From: Raillietiella orientalis
Lineage: Eukaryota
NCBI GenBank assembly: GCA_036172245.1
Contig: JAYWIR010000024.1
Coordinates: 1,550,001-1,614,000 of the forward strand
Length of the DNA stretch: 64,000 nucleotides
Direction of reading: 5' to 3'
In this document: positions 38,190 through 50,239 of the stretch, piece by piece
Layout: every line of letters starts with the position of its first letter
How positions within the stretch are numbered: the stretch's first letter is position 1
Translations under genes and position numbers: made by a program
Notes under the pieces: generated by a model
The model's input: only the letters and a program-made list of their open reading frames with translations
What the model was told of the DNA's origin: nothing
Databases searched by the model: none

Positions 38190-38646
38190 ATTTCTATCGG
38201 GTATCTAAAAAATCTTAAAAATAAGCACATATGCTTGCTCTAGATAGATGGATATACGAATTTAATTTAATATACATAGCCATTCATATGTATTTTTTGT
38301 AGTATTTATTTATTCATTATGATTTTTGTAATATACACAAATCATTCATGAATCTTTATATACATATGCATAGTAAACACATGCATTCATTTTTAATGAT
38401 CTTTAACATACATATGTATATATCAACAATTTAATCAAGCACCCCTTCTCACTTTTTAAATAAAATATATGTCACTGAGTCTTAATAAATATGTCTGTTA
38501 TAATAATATTACTGTTGATAATATGTATGTCAATGAATATGAATAATTATGCGTATTAAAGTAAATTATTACATGAACCTGTGTGTAGATTAACCTGTGT
38601 GGAATGTACGCACGTGTTTACTTTTCGGGATTTCTATCGGTACCGA
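38190..38646. mobile_element. Short AT-rich element related to the TIR family
   Basis: AT-rich interior; begins aatcttaaaaataagcacatatgc and ends ttttcgggatttctatcggtaccg. Confidence 0.5.
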
Positions 38647-38699
38647 TTTCGACCGCGTGGTTGATGGGAACGAGGGGCTCGACAAGATCGGGCACATCC

Positions 38700-39900
38700 C
38701 TCCTAGAGGAATGCTGATACTTCACAGGAAACAGGAACAGCACGTAGGAGATTCCGAGGGCGAGATGCGACCAGCATGACACGGACGCAGGGCAGTAAAC
38801 TCTCTTAATCCGCGATACGCTAGTGGGAGCCCTGTTTCCGCAGGGCCAGAAGCCCGGAGTGGGCTTCATCGAAACGTCCCCAAACGTTTTCGAAATGACC
38901 TCCTCCACCCTGACCCGCCTCACTCTGCAGGCATGCTAAAACTTGACCATAAAAAAAAAGAGAGAGAGAGAGAGAGAAATGGAGGATGATGAACATAGAA
39001 ACCGGAAGGGAGAGCAAGGACACAGGGGATCTTTGGGTGTGGCTGTTCCTTCCTTTTAGAACCGGCGACTTCTTTGCTCCAGTGGGGCCGCCGTCGCTGC
39101 AGTCCTCAGAAGAACGGCTTCCTTCTCTGCGCCAGAGACTCCAACCACATGGCAGGCAGTCACGATGGCGCGGATGAGAGCTAACCGCCGCAATCACTCG
39201 CGAAGAATAATCGCCAGGGCCCATCTTCGCTGGGGTCCTCCAGGTGCAGCAGCAGCAGAAGACGGGGCATCCGCGCGTAGTTCTTGGAGGGCAGCGCAGT
39301 CTGGAAGCGGACGATTCGAGCGTCTCGCGCCAGGAAAAGCTTCAGGGACTCCCCGGGAGACAGGGGGCGCAACCGCTCGTTACTCAGGCGTACCTCCTCG
39401 TGCTTCTATTTCAGGGGGAGTACCGAAGCATCCACGCGCAGAGAAGGGATCAGAAGTTCTTCAGAAGGCACACAGAAGAGTCCTTCCCTCCGGAGCAGTC
39501 CTTCGACCCGAGAACGTGGACTGGTGGAGTCCACCAACTCTCTCGCCTTCCAGTCGTCGAGGAGTTCTGCCACTCCTGCAATGGTGGTGCTCTCTGCGAT
39601 GGCGCCCTCCAGCCGGTGGGGTGCAGAGCTCACCCCGCAGGCAGGCACCTGCCGCTGCTTGCCTTGGGGGCACACGGCGCTGCAGCATATGGTTTTGACG
39701 GCCAGAAGGAACCGCTTCCTCCTGTCCTGCAAGACATCGTCCAGGAGGTGTGGTTGGGGTCACATCGTATGGGACGAAGTTCTCGCTGGGCATGGGCACT
39801 TCAACTGCGATCCAGGAATCGAACGCTTCCTGCCGCCGCGCATTCCAGTACATCGGTCGGCAGGGATCAGCGATGATCTTCCGAAAGCGAGGCCGGTTGC
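38700..39900 (-). mobile_element. Decayed LINE ORF2 linker region
   Basis: SEDHR, then MYWNARRQEAFDSW...LLDDVLQD..RFLLAVKTICCSAVCP. This parallels the post-APE linker at 51450-51620. Confidence 0.38.
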
Positions 39901-39941
39901 CTCAGCGGGAAGCCCAATCCCCTCATCCCACGCCGGCGGCA

Positions 39942-40820
39942 TAGAGCGACCCTCGTATAACGCGATGAAAAACCGGCTGCAGTCCTCGTTTAACGCCGTA
40001 CGGTGCTGCGGCTAAATTGCATTTTTTTTTTTTTTTTCTCTTTTGGAGGGGGGGCTGTAAGTTCTCCTGTTTCTAAAAAGAGCACGATTTAAGTAGGTCG
40101 AATAATGTTCTTGTCCATTCAGATTTTCTTCAGTGGAACAGCGCAAGAAGACACGTTTTGCAACAGAGAGCATGACAGTGCGAAACCTCAGAAGCGCTTA
40201 AACAGATTAAATACCGTGGTACCTCGGCACTCGTCGGTGGTTCTTTCCGGAACTCGTGACGAGTACCGAGATCGACGAGTACCGAACGAGTTCCTTCCTG
40301 GGCTTCGTGGTATCATTTTTAACCATTTTAGGACCCACGACAAACGCTTAGAATGCATAGAATGCACACAAAAAGGGGACCCTCTGGGAGGAGGCACTCC
40401 GTGGAGTGTTGGGTGCTGTTCACGAGCTACCACGAGACGAAAGTGTTCACTTGTGTGCTTCAGCATGGGAGTAGGATGTCGAGTTCCGAGCATCGAGTTT
40501 CTTCTCATCTAAATGCGACGAGTACTGAGTTTGACGAGTTCCGATACCGCCGAGTACCGAGGTAGCGCTGTATGAGCAAAGCTCTAAAAGCTTCTTTTTT
40601 TTTTTTTTTTTTAAATTAACTTGAATAATTAATGAACACTTTTAACTTTTCCCTTTTTGTTTCAAAGTGACGTAATAGATACTCTACTGCTAAGACGCTT
40701 AGGATGATGATGCACTTCACATTTCTCATCAATATTATCCACGTATAACCCATGGGGCTCGTATAACGCGATTTGCACAAACCGGAGGATGACTCCCTCG
40801 TTATACGGGAGCCCACCGCT
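39942..40820. mobile_element. CGTATAACG-family MITE hosting the nested 40214-40570 MITE
   Basis: Left: ccctcgtataacgcg and cagtcctcgtttaacg. Right: atccacgtataacccatggggctcgtataac...gttatacgggagcccaccg, shared with 24675-24730. Confidence 0.6.
40214..40570. mobile_element. Tigger/pogo-type MITE
   Basis: TIRs ccgtggtacctcggcactcg / cgagtaccgaggtagcgctg, flanked by TA on both sides. Near-identical inverted copy at 50668-51022. Confidence 0.9.
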
Positions 40821-41323
40821 CTTTCAACATGTCCAGAACTCAGATCTCGTTGCCAGGTGGGTTTTGCATGAAGCACCGAGCAATTCTTTGGGCGTGCGTG
40901 CAATTGGTTCGTGGCGTCCCGTAAAGTCGACGGCGTCGAGTGGTTTGATGCATCTCATTTTGGAGGCCTTTAATTGACTGCTTTGAATTCCTCCCTCAAC
41001 TCTCTTTGGGCTGACAGGTGTTTCCTCGTGCCTCCGGGTAAGAGCGATGGGGAAAAACACGAGGTAGATGCAGCGAACGCCGGGATGTCTTCTGAATCCC
41101 AACAGATTCCCGTGGGTGCGGAGAATTCAAAATAGGCGGACGTCCGCCGCGGTTGAGTTCTTTATGTGTTCAGTAAAGGCACTTGAAGCAATCCGTTCGT
41201 TCCCATTGGAGACATCATTCACGCCACACTGATTCTCTACGAAGCCATGGTGACTGGGAATTCTTAACGACAGCTGACTTTCACTTGTTTATTGGAACCG
41301 TCATTTATCTGTCGAGGCATTAT

Positions 41324-42480
41324 TTACTTTTTCCAGAACCACAGTTTAGTTATTCTTGGCTGACTTTTTCGACGGCTGGCTTCGTTTTGGTCGTGGTACG
41401 GCTCTTTCTCAGCACTGGAAAACCGTTTCATGGCAACGCACCTTTCTGAATAGCATTGTGTAGCACCATCGCGCGGTCTCGAACGATCCTTTAACTTGTG
41501 CGTCGCAAGATTTTCCTTCGAAGAGGTCCAAAATTTGCATATCCTCCCCTCTAGCCACGAGGAAGCCTTTCCTACGTTCGCCAAGGCGCGGTGATGAGAA
41601 TCGCAATTTTCGTGGGTGCTTGGTCTCAAACAAGCATCAGCAGCATGAACTGAATATGGATCACCGTCCGCGGGTCGGTTCGTTCTGTTCCTCCGCATCA
41701 CTTCAAGGTACTTCATCCGCGGTCAGTGAAACGTCGCAGTTCCATCTCTATTCGATATCGCGGTGGCTCATGAGGTATTTTCAATTCTTCATAGACTGAA
41801 ACCAAGGATCTAAATGAAAGTATCGGATTTCTTTACATTGCTATAAAGCTCATGGAAGCTGGACCTGACGAAAGAAACACCTCTTTCGTCCAAAGGTATC
41901 GGTTCTGGTAATGACAGCATTTCAACTTCTTTCCTAAGTGGAAAGGCGACCAACGCTAGCAATACTTTTTTTTTTTTTTCAGTTTGCTACTGGCGGGCGC
42001 AGGGGTTTGCTTTTCCAATGTCTCCTCACCACGAGAAAAGTGGCGGTGGTGGTCCTGTTGTGCATCCCTGTTCATCGAAGGATTCCGAACCACTCGTGCT
42101 TGGGTTACTTTTCCTTTCATTCTGAATGCGGCAGGTGCATTCTCTGGTTCGGAAATCTTCCTCAGGGTGCTTTTTCTCGACGAGGTTGCCGATGGTCCTT
42201 TGAGATGAATCTCCTTTACCACTGCAGAAGTTTGAAAGAAGCGTCCTCGTTCTTTCATTCAGTATGCATACCAAAAGTAACATCCCGTTCATTCAGTAAC
42301 CTTGAAGTGAAGTCGTGGAGCCCTTCGTCGACATCGGGAATTCCGTCTGCTGTCATATCTTCTTCGTGCATCAGAGGGAAAGCAATTAGAGATGGTGTCC
42401 TCCCGAAAGTGCGTTTCGACTGCAATTTGTATCTCGACAGAGAAGGCGCTCCTCCGCTCCAAAGCGGTGGCTGGCAGGGG
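41324..42480 (-). mobile_element. Tigger/pogo DDE transposase relic
   Basis: Collinear motifs across frameshifts: LMHEEDMTADGIPDVDEGL (I.N.DETGL), ERTRTLLSNFCSG, ISEPENAPAAF, VEMLSLPE.PIPLDERGV (FLPP...QP.DQGV), and C-terminal QPRITKLWF. Confidence 0.6.
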
Positions 42481-42789
42481 GGGCGGAGCGCTGTCTCCTC
42501 CGGAGACGTGTGCGCTGCTCGCTCGCATCCCACTTCCTCGTCCTGGCTGCTCAGCAGCCAACCGGCGTCTCAGGAGAGGCTCACAGACTGCTGTCGATGA
42601 GGCAGGGCTGGGTCAGCTCGCATCCCGTTTAAAAGGAACAGGGTAACGGGACGATGACAGGCGACAGGAACAGGACGGACGGACGCAGGCGAGGGAGCGC
42701 GCGTGCGCAGCGCGAGGTGGCGTCGCCACCACGACGGCTGACTCACTCCTGCCGAGGGAGGGCGAGAGCGGCCGGGAATGCGTGCGTCC

Positions 42790-43570
42790 CGTTGGTCACC
42801 CGGGCGGACTCTGAGCCCGAGGTTCAAGCCGTTTCCCTGGTTCCCGGAAGGGGGAACGCCACACCAACATCACGTCTTTGGCAGGTGGTTCCTCAGCGGC
42901 TCACGGGCAGCTCCGTGAACGGCTGGACCGTCGGCCGGGCGTTCGCGCGGGTGTCTTGCCAGTCCGCCTTCTCTCCGTCGTCTTCCTTCACCCTGAGGGG
43001 CAGAAGGAAACGTGGAGGGTAAATCAGGGGGGGAGGGATGCCGAACAAGCGGGTGCTGGCTGACATCGTTTTTATCCTCTTCGTCGGGTGCTGAAACAGC
43101 TCATCGAATTGGATTCATGAGCCCCTACTAGTCGAATTGCACGCAGCCTGCGAGCGGACCGTCCGTCGAGGAGACCAACCTTCTTCCACCAATGACCAGA
43201 ACGTGGCTGTAATCGACCTGGTCTTTGGGAGCTGGTGACTTGCAGCCAGAGCTGTCGACTCGTGACCTCCTGGGCTGAGAGCCCATGGTGCCCGACTGTC
43301 TCTTGAACTTCAGGCGTGTGGGATGGGAACTCGTCGACTACTCTCAGTGTCCAGCCCTCTTGGAACCAACCGCGGTGCCTCATGATGTCACGGGCGAGAA
43401 GTCTCGGAGCTCCAGAGTGGCGTGCAAGGTGGACGAAGGAGGGATCCACGAAAGCATCCCGCAGCACGAGCAACTCGGGCCTCGGAGCAAAGAAGCCTCG
43501 AACTTGGAAAGACGGATGTTCGATCGTGTTGCACACCGGTAAGTCCGTCCGTGCACTCGCGATTTCGGAT
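42790..43570 (-). repeat. Arm 1 of a diverged inverted duplication (partner 45600-46355)
   Basis: 43388-43570 matches rc 45600-45790, and 42790-43100 matches rc 46060-46355. Confidence 0.85.
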
Positions 43571-44219
43571 CAAGGAACATCTGGACGTGCTGCGATGATG
43601 GAACGATGTGATCCTGGTTAATCGGAATGGTAAGAATCTTTCGTTCCTGCTTTTTTTCTGTTTCGAACCATTGAGGAACTGCTGCTTCCCGCCCTCAAGG
43701 GAGTTGGAGCGCCTTGGCAACGCCGCCACCTGGGGGTTCACAAGTCTGTTCCACTGTCGTGCACCTGAGGTGCGCGTGAAGCGGGGAGGGGTGATCGCGG
43801 AAAATGTACTCCAGGCTGCTAGCCGCCGGGACTTCCAGCTGCAGACCTGAGCGCATTCTACCGACGCACACCCGAACTCTGAGCCATCTCAGAGCCATCT
43901 CGCGGGTCAACGCCAGCTCGAAACCCTCAGCTCATCTGGCTCGGCGCCCCTTAACGGGGAGGGACAATCGAATCGCTCCCTCACCTGCTTTCGGACTGCG
44001 GTTCCCCCTAGGAACTACGGCAAAGGCTGGGTTCGAAGATGCTGGATCCGGAGGAGACGCCGCCTGCCGATGCGGTTCTTCGCGTGAGGCGGGCTCTCGG
44101 CAGGCGCCGCCGTCGCAACGACTCGTTGTCTCCGCGCCGCCGTCACAGCCTGCCACGCGGAGGACAAGAGAGAAGGGAGGTCACCCGCGTAGCAGACGCA
44201 TGGGGACAGCTGAGAGGTA

Positions 44220-45110
44220 GCCTCACCTAGAAGAATTTAAGTCGGCGGTCACCGGCATCTGCGCCGATACCGAGAAGAAAGGAGCAGCAGATGCGAGAGA
44301 CCCAGAGATCCCAGCAGGACCCTCTGTGGACATCCCCAGGAACGTGTTGAAGCTCCTCTTTGTGCGAGATGCAGCGGCCTGCTTCCTCCCCTGTGGGGGC
44401 GTCACACCGCCCGATGCACCGCCGAAAGACGGCAGGGAGACGGGAACGCCGTCCAACGGAAGCCCCATTGAGAAGGACAGGTGGATTGTGCTCTTCCCAC
44501 TATGAAAGTGTAAGGAGCGCCGCCTCGCCTCCGGGGAAATCGCCTCCACGAGCTGCTCCAGGCGCCGGACGATCCGATCGTTCCCGCACCTGCTTTCGGA
44601 CACAGGTGTCCCACAGCAACTGCGGCACAGGCTGGCTTTAGAGATTCTGCACCAGGAGGATACCGTCGAGGACCTGCCGCGGTGATTCTTCGTGCGCGGC
44701 GGACTCTCGGAGCAACACGTTGCCTCCGCGCCACCGTCACATTCCTCCATATGCCGGAGTGTCGGACGCACCGAAGGGTGGTCACCCTCCGCCATGAAAG
44801 GCGGCACTGCGCCGCGCACAAAGAGACGATGTCTCTGGCTTGTCTACCGGTAGTCGAGTGAGGCATCGCAGAACGTTTTTAGAGGAGGGCAACACGATTC
44901 GCTCACCAACAGGTGCGGGAAGGATCCCACTGGACCGTACCTGACACAGTTCAGGGTACACTTGCCCCACTAGAAGCCACCTTGGGTGTGGCAGGAGCCG
45001 TCTTCTTTTTGCAGCTGGAGGAATCCAGAAGTTGGGCGACGCTGTGGCTGGAAGAAACTGGCGAATCCAAGGACCCAAGCCGTCGCGTGAAAGTTCGCTG
45101 ATGGCGGAAG
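44220..45110 (+). mobile_element. Decayed LINE reverse transcriptase fragment
   Basis: PAGPSVDIPRNVLKLL (APG.DGI...LK-like), SPIEK, EIASTSC (RPISLTSC-like) and a later KFADG (YADD-like), with stops. Confidence 0.42.
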
Positions 45111-45144
45111 ACACGAGAGGACAGATGAAGAGGAAAGAGAGATC

Positions 45145-45259
45145 TGTTTTGGTGCATGTGAGATGTTGAGAGACACCAGCTCACTCTCCCACGCGTCCGA
45201 AGCAAGCATCCCTCAATTGTCCTTTCGATTTTAGGAAGGATGGTTATTTTTTTATCCTC
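45145..45259 (+). repeat. ~110-bp dispersed direct repeat, copy 1
   Basis: tgttttggtgcatgtgagat...gcaagcatccctc...cgatttta.gaaggatggtt.tttttt.atcctc also occurs at 48751-48857. Confidence 0.85.
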
Positions 45260-45599
45260 ACTTTATTCCCCCCATCCTTTCTGGACTTTGAGAGCGGCCG
45301 ACTCCTTTTTGTCTTCGTCTGGAACCGCGTTTCCGACCTCGTCTCTTCTTTGGAACAGGCGCTCCGGCGTGACCAGATGATAAAAACCGCTTGGGGAGGT
45401 GCCGCGCGCGCCAGTGCGGACTGTGATCGGGGGGAATGAAGAAGTGCTCAGCTGACGTGAGCCTTAGGCTGAGGGGTGGAGTCAGAAGTACAGGTGGACC
45501 GACAGGACGACTCTGGACTCTTGCCAGGACGAGTCCAACTCCAAAATTGCAGCTTTGCAATCACCGGAAGATCCCAAGGCAGGCAACGAATTGCAGAAG

Positions 45600-46355
45600 C
45601 CGAAATCGCGAGTGCACAGATGCACTCCTCGGTGTGTAACACGCAGCCCGATCGAACATCCGTCGTTCCAAGGTTGGGGCTTCTTTGCTCCGAGACCCGA
45701 GCTGCTCGAGTTTGGGGATGCTTTCGTGGATCCCGCCTTCGTCCACCTTGCACGCCACTCTGGAGCTCCGAAGCTTCTTGTTCGTGACGTCAAACACCTC
45801 ATGCTCTCTTAGATCGTGCCTTTCTCTTTCTCCTTTCTTTCAGTCTGCTTCCCAGAGGCATGTTCCAGAAACGGGATGTATTGGATGGGTGGACTTCACT
45901 CCTCTCCTCGGCAGAAACCTGCCGTCAGTGCTTCCAGAAATACTTCACGTGTCTGCTAGCAGTCTCATTGTCTTCAGGTCTTGGTCACTTCTGAAAGCTT
46001 CCAGTCAACCTGTCTTCTGCAACATGGAATTCGGAGTGTTGTCCTTCTCGCTGGCTGCAAGCTGTTCGAGCACACGAAGAAGAGGGCAGAAACGAGGTCA
46101 GCCAGCACCCGCTCGCTAGGCATGTTCCCTCCCCCCCCCCCTTCCTTCCTCCCCCACACACAGCTTTCCTTCTGTCCCGCAGGGTGAAGGAAGACGGCGA
46201 GGAGAAGGTGGACCGGCAAGACACCCCCGCGCGGAGCTGCCCGTGCGCTGCCGAGGGACTACCTGCCAGAGATATGATGCAGGGAGGGGGGAGGCGTTCC
46301 GCCTTCCGGGAGCCAGGAAACGGCTTGTGCTGTGGGTCCGGAGTCTGCCCGGACC
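45600..46355 (+). repeat. Arm 2 of the diverged inverted duplication
   Basis: Shares the reading frame IEHPSFQ..GFFAPRPELL...DAFVDP.FVHLARHSGAP with arm 1. Confidence 0.85.
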
Positions 46356-47491
46356 ACCGAATGAATCTAATGAGCTCTGCCGAACCGGCCTCTAGCGCCT
46401 GTTTGCTGCGCTCGGGTGCGGGGCGAGCGGAGGCGAAGAGACTGAATGAGCTGCTTCCCTGGTTCGCTGCTTCGCGCCCTCGCGTTGCCGAGTCGCCCCC
46501 ATCCCCTCCCTATAATGGCACACCGAATGGCGGGGGAACAGCGCTGAGGGCCCGACTGGCTTCGGAGTTTTCCTGTTGCCAGTTAACAGCTTCCTCCGTC
46601 CCCGTTCCAGAGGCAGAGAAATCTCGAGTGGGGCGATATTTGAATTTCATCTTCCGGAAGCTGCCCCGGAAGAAGCTTGAGTTTGGATGGATGCGCCAAC
46701 TGGGGAAGATCTCGAGTGATCTGGTCAAATATGCCGCCTTCGTTGCCGTGGGTCGTTGCTAGGTGAGGCCGGCTCGCAGCTGCTCGAAAGCAGCGCAGAA
46801 AATCCGTGCCTCGGGAAGATCAGCCGCATCGTGCACTTCCGGGTGATATGCACTCTTGAGAGGGATCTCGGAGGCCTCTTCACGATGAGAAGAAAGGAAC
46901 ATCGTTTCATTTCCACTGCATTCGGGGCACCGAGCGTTGCCAAGACCACGAGGGCTCTCTCAAACCCCGCCTACCAGAACAGTAATAACAATAGCAATAA
47001 ACACATAGACCTAATAAATGTAATGAGATGCGGAAAGCACGCGGAGGACCACCGCTGGGTGGCGTTTTTTTTTTTTTTTTAATGCCAGCAAATTAAAGAG
47101 ATGGAATGTCAAGGTGACAAAATGCTCATACATGACAGGATCGATGCCGGACTTTCCTTGCCTTTCCCTGCTTCAAACGCTCCCGCCAACTCGGCCGCTG
47201 ACGCGGGAGGATGGGGAAAAAGTCGGATTGCGTTTAGCAAGAGCCGCAGGCCAGCAACCGTCTGCTGGAGCCACCCCTCCTCTCTCCCCTCGCCACGCTG
47301 CGGAAGCCTCCCGCAAGGGACCGAGGAATCCCGAATTCCGCGAATCATTTTTGGATGCGTGTCCCGCTCTCCCTTCACCTGGAACTTCTGGTTTGGAAAA
47401 GAACGAAGAGCTGCTCGGTAACGGCTCCTTCCCCAAGTCGGAGACCTCTTGTGAACACCGGGCTTGTCGATCCGTCTCTTGGCGAAGAAGA

Positions 47492-48160
47492 CCCGCTCTG
47501 GCAGCCGCGTGGCTGCGGTCTCCTCGCGTGGCACCGTGCGCTGAGGGTTCGAATCCCCGCTTGGTGGAGGAACGACGCCAGAGAAACGAGTGAGCCGTGA
47601 GCTTCGAGTCCCCCCCGCGAGATGACGCTGGTTGGCCTGTTGGCTTCAGGTGCGGCACTGGCGGCAACCGGAAGCCCCCATCAACTGGCCGGACTAGGAA
47701 GCCGACTCTACGGTGTCCTTCCAGGAATCGAGGATCCAGTTTTCTCCAAGGTTCTTCCTTCTAGTTGTGAAAGAAGAGTGGCCCATTTCTCACCATGGAG
47801 CTGTTTAAATCGATACCTCTCCAGAGAGTCAAGCACGCTGCTCCCTTCGGGGAGCGACCCCTCCATAGAAATTGGGAAGCGTCCCTTCCGGGTTCTCTTC
47901 AGAGGAGGAGGGAACAAGGAGCGGATCCTTTCCGGGTGATCCCTTCGGAGAAGAAACAAGAAGTCTCTCCTTCCAGGGTACCCCTCCGGAAGTAACCAGG
48001 GCTAGGGTTCCCTTCGTGGTTTCCCTCCCAAGCGTGAAAGGAACGGACTCCTTCCTCCGGAGCCCTTCCGGGATTCACAGGACGTCCCTACGGGGTCACC
48101 CCTAACTTGAAGAGTGACACGCACCCTCGTGGAGGGCATTAAAGAGCTTTGTGAGCTTCC
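47492..48160 (+). mobile_element. Diverged subfamily copy of the tRNA-headed module
   Basis: Perfect B-box ggttcgaatcc (47546-47556). Shares blocks gcgtggcaccgtgcg, gctggttggcc, ccttccaggaat, gagcggatcctttccggg, ggaacggactcc and cttgaagagtgacacgcaccc. Confidence 0.8.
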
Positions 48161-48750
48161 CCAAAGAAGGCGAACATTCTTCAGCACTCGGAGCCCCCCC
48201 TCCTTCCCTCCTTCCCAAGGTCTGGGTGGTTTTCCAGAGGATGCAGCGCTGAGCGAAAGTGTACCACACTTCGGACACGCTCCTGGGGGAAGAAACGTTG
48301 GAGAGGGCCCGAAGTGAGCTCGCTCGTCTCGTCACCCCCGCTCTTCCTGTTCTGGAGAGCGCACAGGGCGAATGCGCGCAGACGTACCTCCGGGCGATTC
48401 GCGAGCGCAGCACCTCACTGGCCCAAAGCGGTCTCGACCCCGGAGCTCCTCACCCGCGGGCGTTGATCGACCGCGCGGAAGATGTTCCGTCTGCTTCATC
48501 TGCCGTAGACGAGTCGGTCACCAGGAGGGGACCTCGGATGGTCATGGCAGGCCACTCTCCCTGGAGCACTGGGAGTTGGTAGTTGCCGCCGACCAGACCC
48601 AGCCTGGAGCACTCTCGAGGCCGAAATCAGATCCGGGTCGGGGGGAAGGAAGCCATGCTGGACGTCGCTTGCCCTCCATTCGTATACAAACTTATTTTGG
48701 TATGCATGTTTATAAATATCAATAATATGTATGAATCCATATTACTAATG

Positions 48751-48857
48751 TGTTTTGGTGCATGTGAGATATCGAGTGACACTCTTCCTCGCGTCTGAGG
48801 CAAGCATCCCTCCATCGTCCTTCCGATTTTACGAAGGATGGTTGTTTTTTTATCCTC
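48751..48857 (+). repeat. ~110-bp dispersed direct repeat, copy 2
   Basis: Collinear with 45145-45259. Confidence 0.85.
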
Positions 48858-48869
48858 TGCTTATTCTTT

Positions 48870-49710
48870 TTAATTTTATTTCCCTTTCAATATTCTAATA
48901 TGCATGTTTATTACAAATTGTATTGATATACATATTTATATGTATGATAAATACACATAAAATGATTGTATAACTATCGAATTATAAATTATGAAAAATT
49001 ACGGTGGGAATTCAAAATGGCGGAAACATTGAAAAAAAAAAGAAAAGAAAATTTGGTAAATACTCAAAAAATATTTCCAATACTCAAAAAATGGCAATTT
49101 CTGCAGGAAATGACAAACACCGTGTGGTATAAAAATATGTATTTCTAATTCGATATTTATATATTCATTTCACATATGTTTATTATATGTATGAATATGC
49201 ATTAAAAAATATAATAAACACACACACACATATATATAAACTATAATCTTCACTATATATAACAGTATATATCTAAACATATTATTAACTATATTAATGG
49301 ATATAATAATATTGCATACTGACATATATAAATATGTATATCAATATGCATAATAGGCATATATATTTTCCATTTTATAATCTTTATATATATTAAGTTA
49401 TAGACTAGGTACATTAATTATAGTAATATCTACAATAAACATGTATGTTTATTTTTATAATCTTCATAAGATATATTCACTTGTATATTCTAAAATATAT
49501 TTTTTTAAATATACATTTCAAATATAATCAATAAACATTATTGATGATATCAATAATATGTATGCTATTAAATATTAATAAGTATGTATGTTTGACTTAT
49601 CGGACCTTTGGCTAAGATCAAAGTGCATGTTAAAACAAATGTGTGTAATTATTTATATATATACATAATAAGCATATGTGTTATAATCATTCCGGGATTT
49701 TGATCGCAAT
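48870..49710. mobile_element. AT-rich TIR element copy
   Basis: Reverse-orientation core at ~49050-49125 (aatttggta...actcaa...ttctgcaggaaatgac). Right end ccgggattttgatcg. Confidence 0.65.
49596..49625 (+). pseudogene. U2 snRNA 5' fragment (3'-truncated U2 pseudogene)
   Basis: cttatcggacctttggctaagatcaaagtg matches the U2 5' end CTTCTCGGCCTTWTGGCTAAGATCAAAGTG with few mismatches. Similarity stops at the branch-point pairing sequence (GTAGTA). Confidence 0.7.
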
Positions 49711-50239
49711 AGTCTTGCAGAACGAAGGAGGAGGGTGAGATGCAGGAATCTTCTGCAGCTAAAAAGAAAGCCTCACAGTCCGCGTCTGCAAAGGTCCATC
49801 GCAAATCGTGAGAAGGAAATTGAAAAATTGAAATTCGAAAATTCGAATTCGATTAGGGAACGAGGTGCTCCTTGGCTATTCCCTGTTCCTGTGCTGGTTC
49901 GTGCGAAAGCTCCTGAAGAAGAGGATGCTGAAGTCAGACGTCTAAACGTGCTCTGTGGCGAAGCTTCTTTATCCTTGCGGCAGCCCCGCCCGTTCCATAA
50001 AGACCCGCCTTCTGCTCTCATGGTGCTCTCGTGACAAAGCCTTCCAGCGCCACGGAGCCAACAGCAAAGCACAACGTGAAGTACCTTCGTTCTTCTGGTA
50101 CCTTCGAGCTGATCTGTCCCTGCGGGGGTGCCTGCCGCGATGTCCTACGCCGGCCAGCCTCACCCCGCGTTGCCCACGAGTGGTACACTCAGGTGTCCCG
50201 GAGTACCGATGGATGACTTCCGCATGACCCGAAAGGTTG

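Noticed and set aside
50031..50216. ICPCG motif suggesting a KDZ/Zisupton transposase
   Set aside because: The following residues do not fit the family pattern, and the region adjoins a LINE relic.
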